A DNA stretch of 64,000 nucleotides from Mobula hypostoma (Eukaryota). The translations under genes and the position numbers were made by a program. Positions 62,358-64,000 of the stretch are shown here, in pieces (within the stretch, counting starts at the first letter, position 1; every line of letters begins with the position of its first letter). Location of the stretch: positions 253,520,001-253,584,000 of the forward strand of contig NC_086097.1 of assembly GCF_963921235.1 (NCBI RefSeq). Direction: 5' to 3'. A model generated the notes under the pieces. It was not told where the DNA came from. It worked only from the letters and a program-made list of their open reading frames with translations, and ran no database searches.

Positions 62358-63054
62358 GTGAGGGTCAGCATGAGTCAGTGGTTTAGACAGTATTCAAATG
62401 TGTTGTCATTCCACCAGAACTGTTTACAGTGAATGTTCCTCAGGGATCGAGGTCCAAAACTTTAAAGAACTTTAAGAGACTACTAGACAGGTATATGGAG
62501 GAATTTAAGGTGGGGTGTTATATGGGAGGCAGGGTTTGAGGGTCGGCACAACACTGTGGGCCGAAGGGCCTGTAATGTGCTGTATTGTTCTATGTTCTAT
62601 GTTAAACACAGTACATACAGTATATACATACAGCACATAAAAGAATATTAACAGATTAAAAAGCATTCTGTAGATGTGCAAGTTGACATAAACTGCATGT
62701 TTGACACAGCTAAATACACAACAGTACAATGTTACTCCACAAACACAAGACAATCTGCAGATGCTGGAAATCCAGAGCAACACATACAAAATGCTGGAGG
62801 AACTCAGCAGGTCAGGCAGCATCGACGTTTTGGGCTGAGACCCTTCATCAGGACTGAGTATAGTGCTCCTGGCACAGTCGTAAATAATGTGTGGTGGGTG
62901 GTAACGGTGTTCGGCAGTCAAACAGCCTGGGGGAAGGAGCTGTTACCCAGCCTGACCGTGACTGTGTTTGTTGTTATCCTGCGGTACCTTCTCCCTGACA
63001 GCCGGAGGGAAAGAGATTGTGGCCACAAACCGCTTTGTTTCAACTTCTCAAGAG

Positions 63055-63358
63055 ATTAACTTCATTTGTCATATGTACGTTCAAACATCCAGTGAAATGC
63101 GTTATTTACTTCAAATCAAATCAGTGAGGTGTGCTGGGGGCAGCCTGCAAGTGTCGCCAACACAGCACGGCCACAACTGACCAGTCCTAACCTGGTACGT
63201 CTTTGCGCTGTGGGAGGAAACCGGAGCACCCAGAGAAAACCTGCCGGGGGGAATGTAGAAACCTCTTACAGACAGGGGCAGGAATCGAACCCCGATCTTC
63301 CAGCTGGTGCTGTGATATCATTAGGTTTGCACTAACCCCTACACTACCCTGTTACCCC
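63055..63358 (-). mobile_element. V-SINE
   Basis: Reverse V-domain gggaggaaaccggagcacccagag; B-box-like ggaatcgaacc. Confidence 0.8.
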
Positions 63359-63600
63359 AGTTACCATTCCCCCGCTCCCTGTTTACTAACCCCTACACTA
63401 CAGTGTTACCCCAGTTACCATTCCCCCACTCCCCCATTTACTAACCCCTACACTACCCTGTTACCCCAGTTACCATTCCCCCACTCCCCGTTTACTAACC
63501 CCTACACTACCCTGTTACCCCAGTTACCATTCCCCCACTCCCCGTTTACTGACCCCTACACTACCCTGTTACGCCAGTTACCATTTCCCCACTCCCCCCG
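63331..63600. repeat. 54-55-bp tandem repeat x5 at the SINE 5' junction
   Basis: Units start actaacccctacactaccctg at 63331, 63385, 63440, 63494, 63548. Confidence 0.95.
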
Positions 63601-64000
63601 TGTACTTTTGAGTTACCCATTGATTTAAAATGTCAGGGAGCCAATCACTGCTCAATCCTCAGCACCATGTGTAGGGGCCAGGGGTCGTTCTGATATTGTC
63701 TCTCAGATTCTACACCCAATGATGTTGCAATACTTTTTCTACAAAATTTGTGTGTTTGTCCTGTTCTGAGGATGCTTAAAATATTCTATGTTTGGGTAAC
63801 TTGACAGAGAAAAGCAGCTTTCAGTTACAACAAGGAACAACATCACAGCACAATACAGGCCCTTTGGCCCACAATGTTGTGCTGACCTTTTAAGGTCAAT
63901 CTAACCTTTCTCTCCCACAGAACCCTCCATTTTCCTTTCACCCACGTGCCTATCTGAGAGTTTCTTAAATGTCCCTGATGTATCTGCCTCTACCACCACC

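Overview
Eukaryotic, repeat-saturated window with no host gene I can identify. The repeat set (CR1/HER1-type LINEs with octamer tails, V-domain SINEs of HE1 type, Rex1/Babar-type LINEs, Penelope-like elements, hAT-Buster, Tc1 and Harbinger derivatives) suggests a vertebrate intron or intergenic region, probably from a cartilaginous fish (inference). Every long ORF is TE-derived or a tandem-repeat artefact. The most interesting signals are RNA-structural. (i) A complete, TSD-flanked 547-bp non-coding retroelement (45069-45615, minus) starts at G1 of a predicted HDV-like self-cleaving ribozyme with an unusual hairpin inserted after L3. An unrelated element (19425-19842) shows the same layout in decayed form. 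(ii) Minimal type I hammerhead motifs occur in Penelope-like elements, including a ~100-bp TSD-flanked insertion that is little more than the ribozyme. Also present: a composite hAT element carrying a captured CR1 3' end, Tc1 derivatives ending in a palindromic double TIR, CR1-in-CR1 nesting, at least seven minisatellites seeded from TE sequence, and one candidate 84-nt host exon. All folds and alignments were done by eye. Boundaries of degraded fragments are approximate and many small fragments are not listed.
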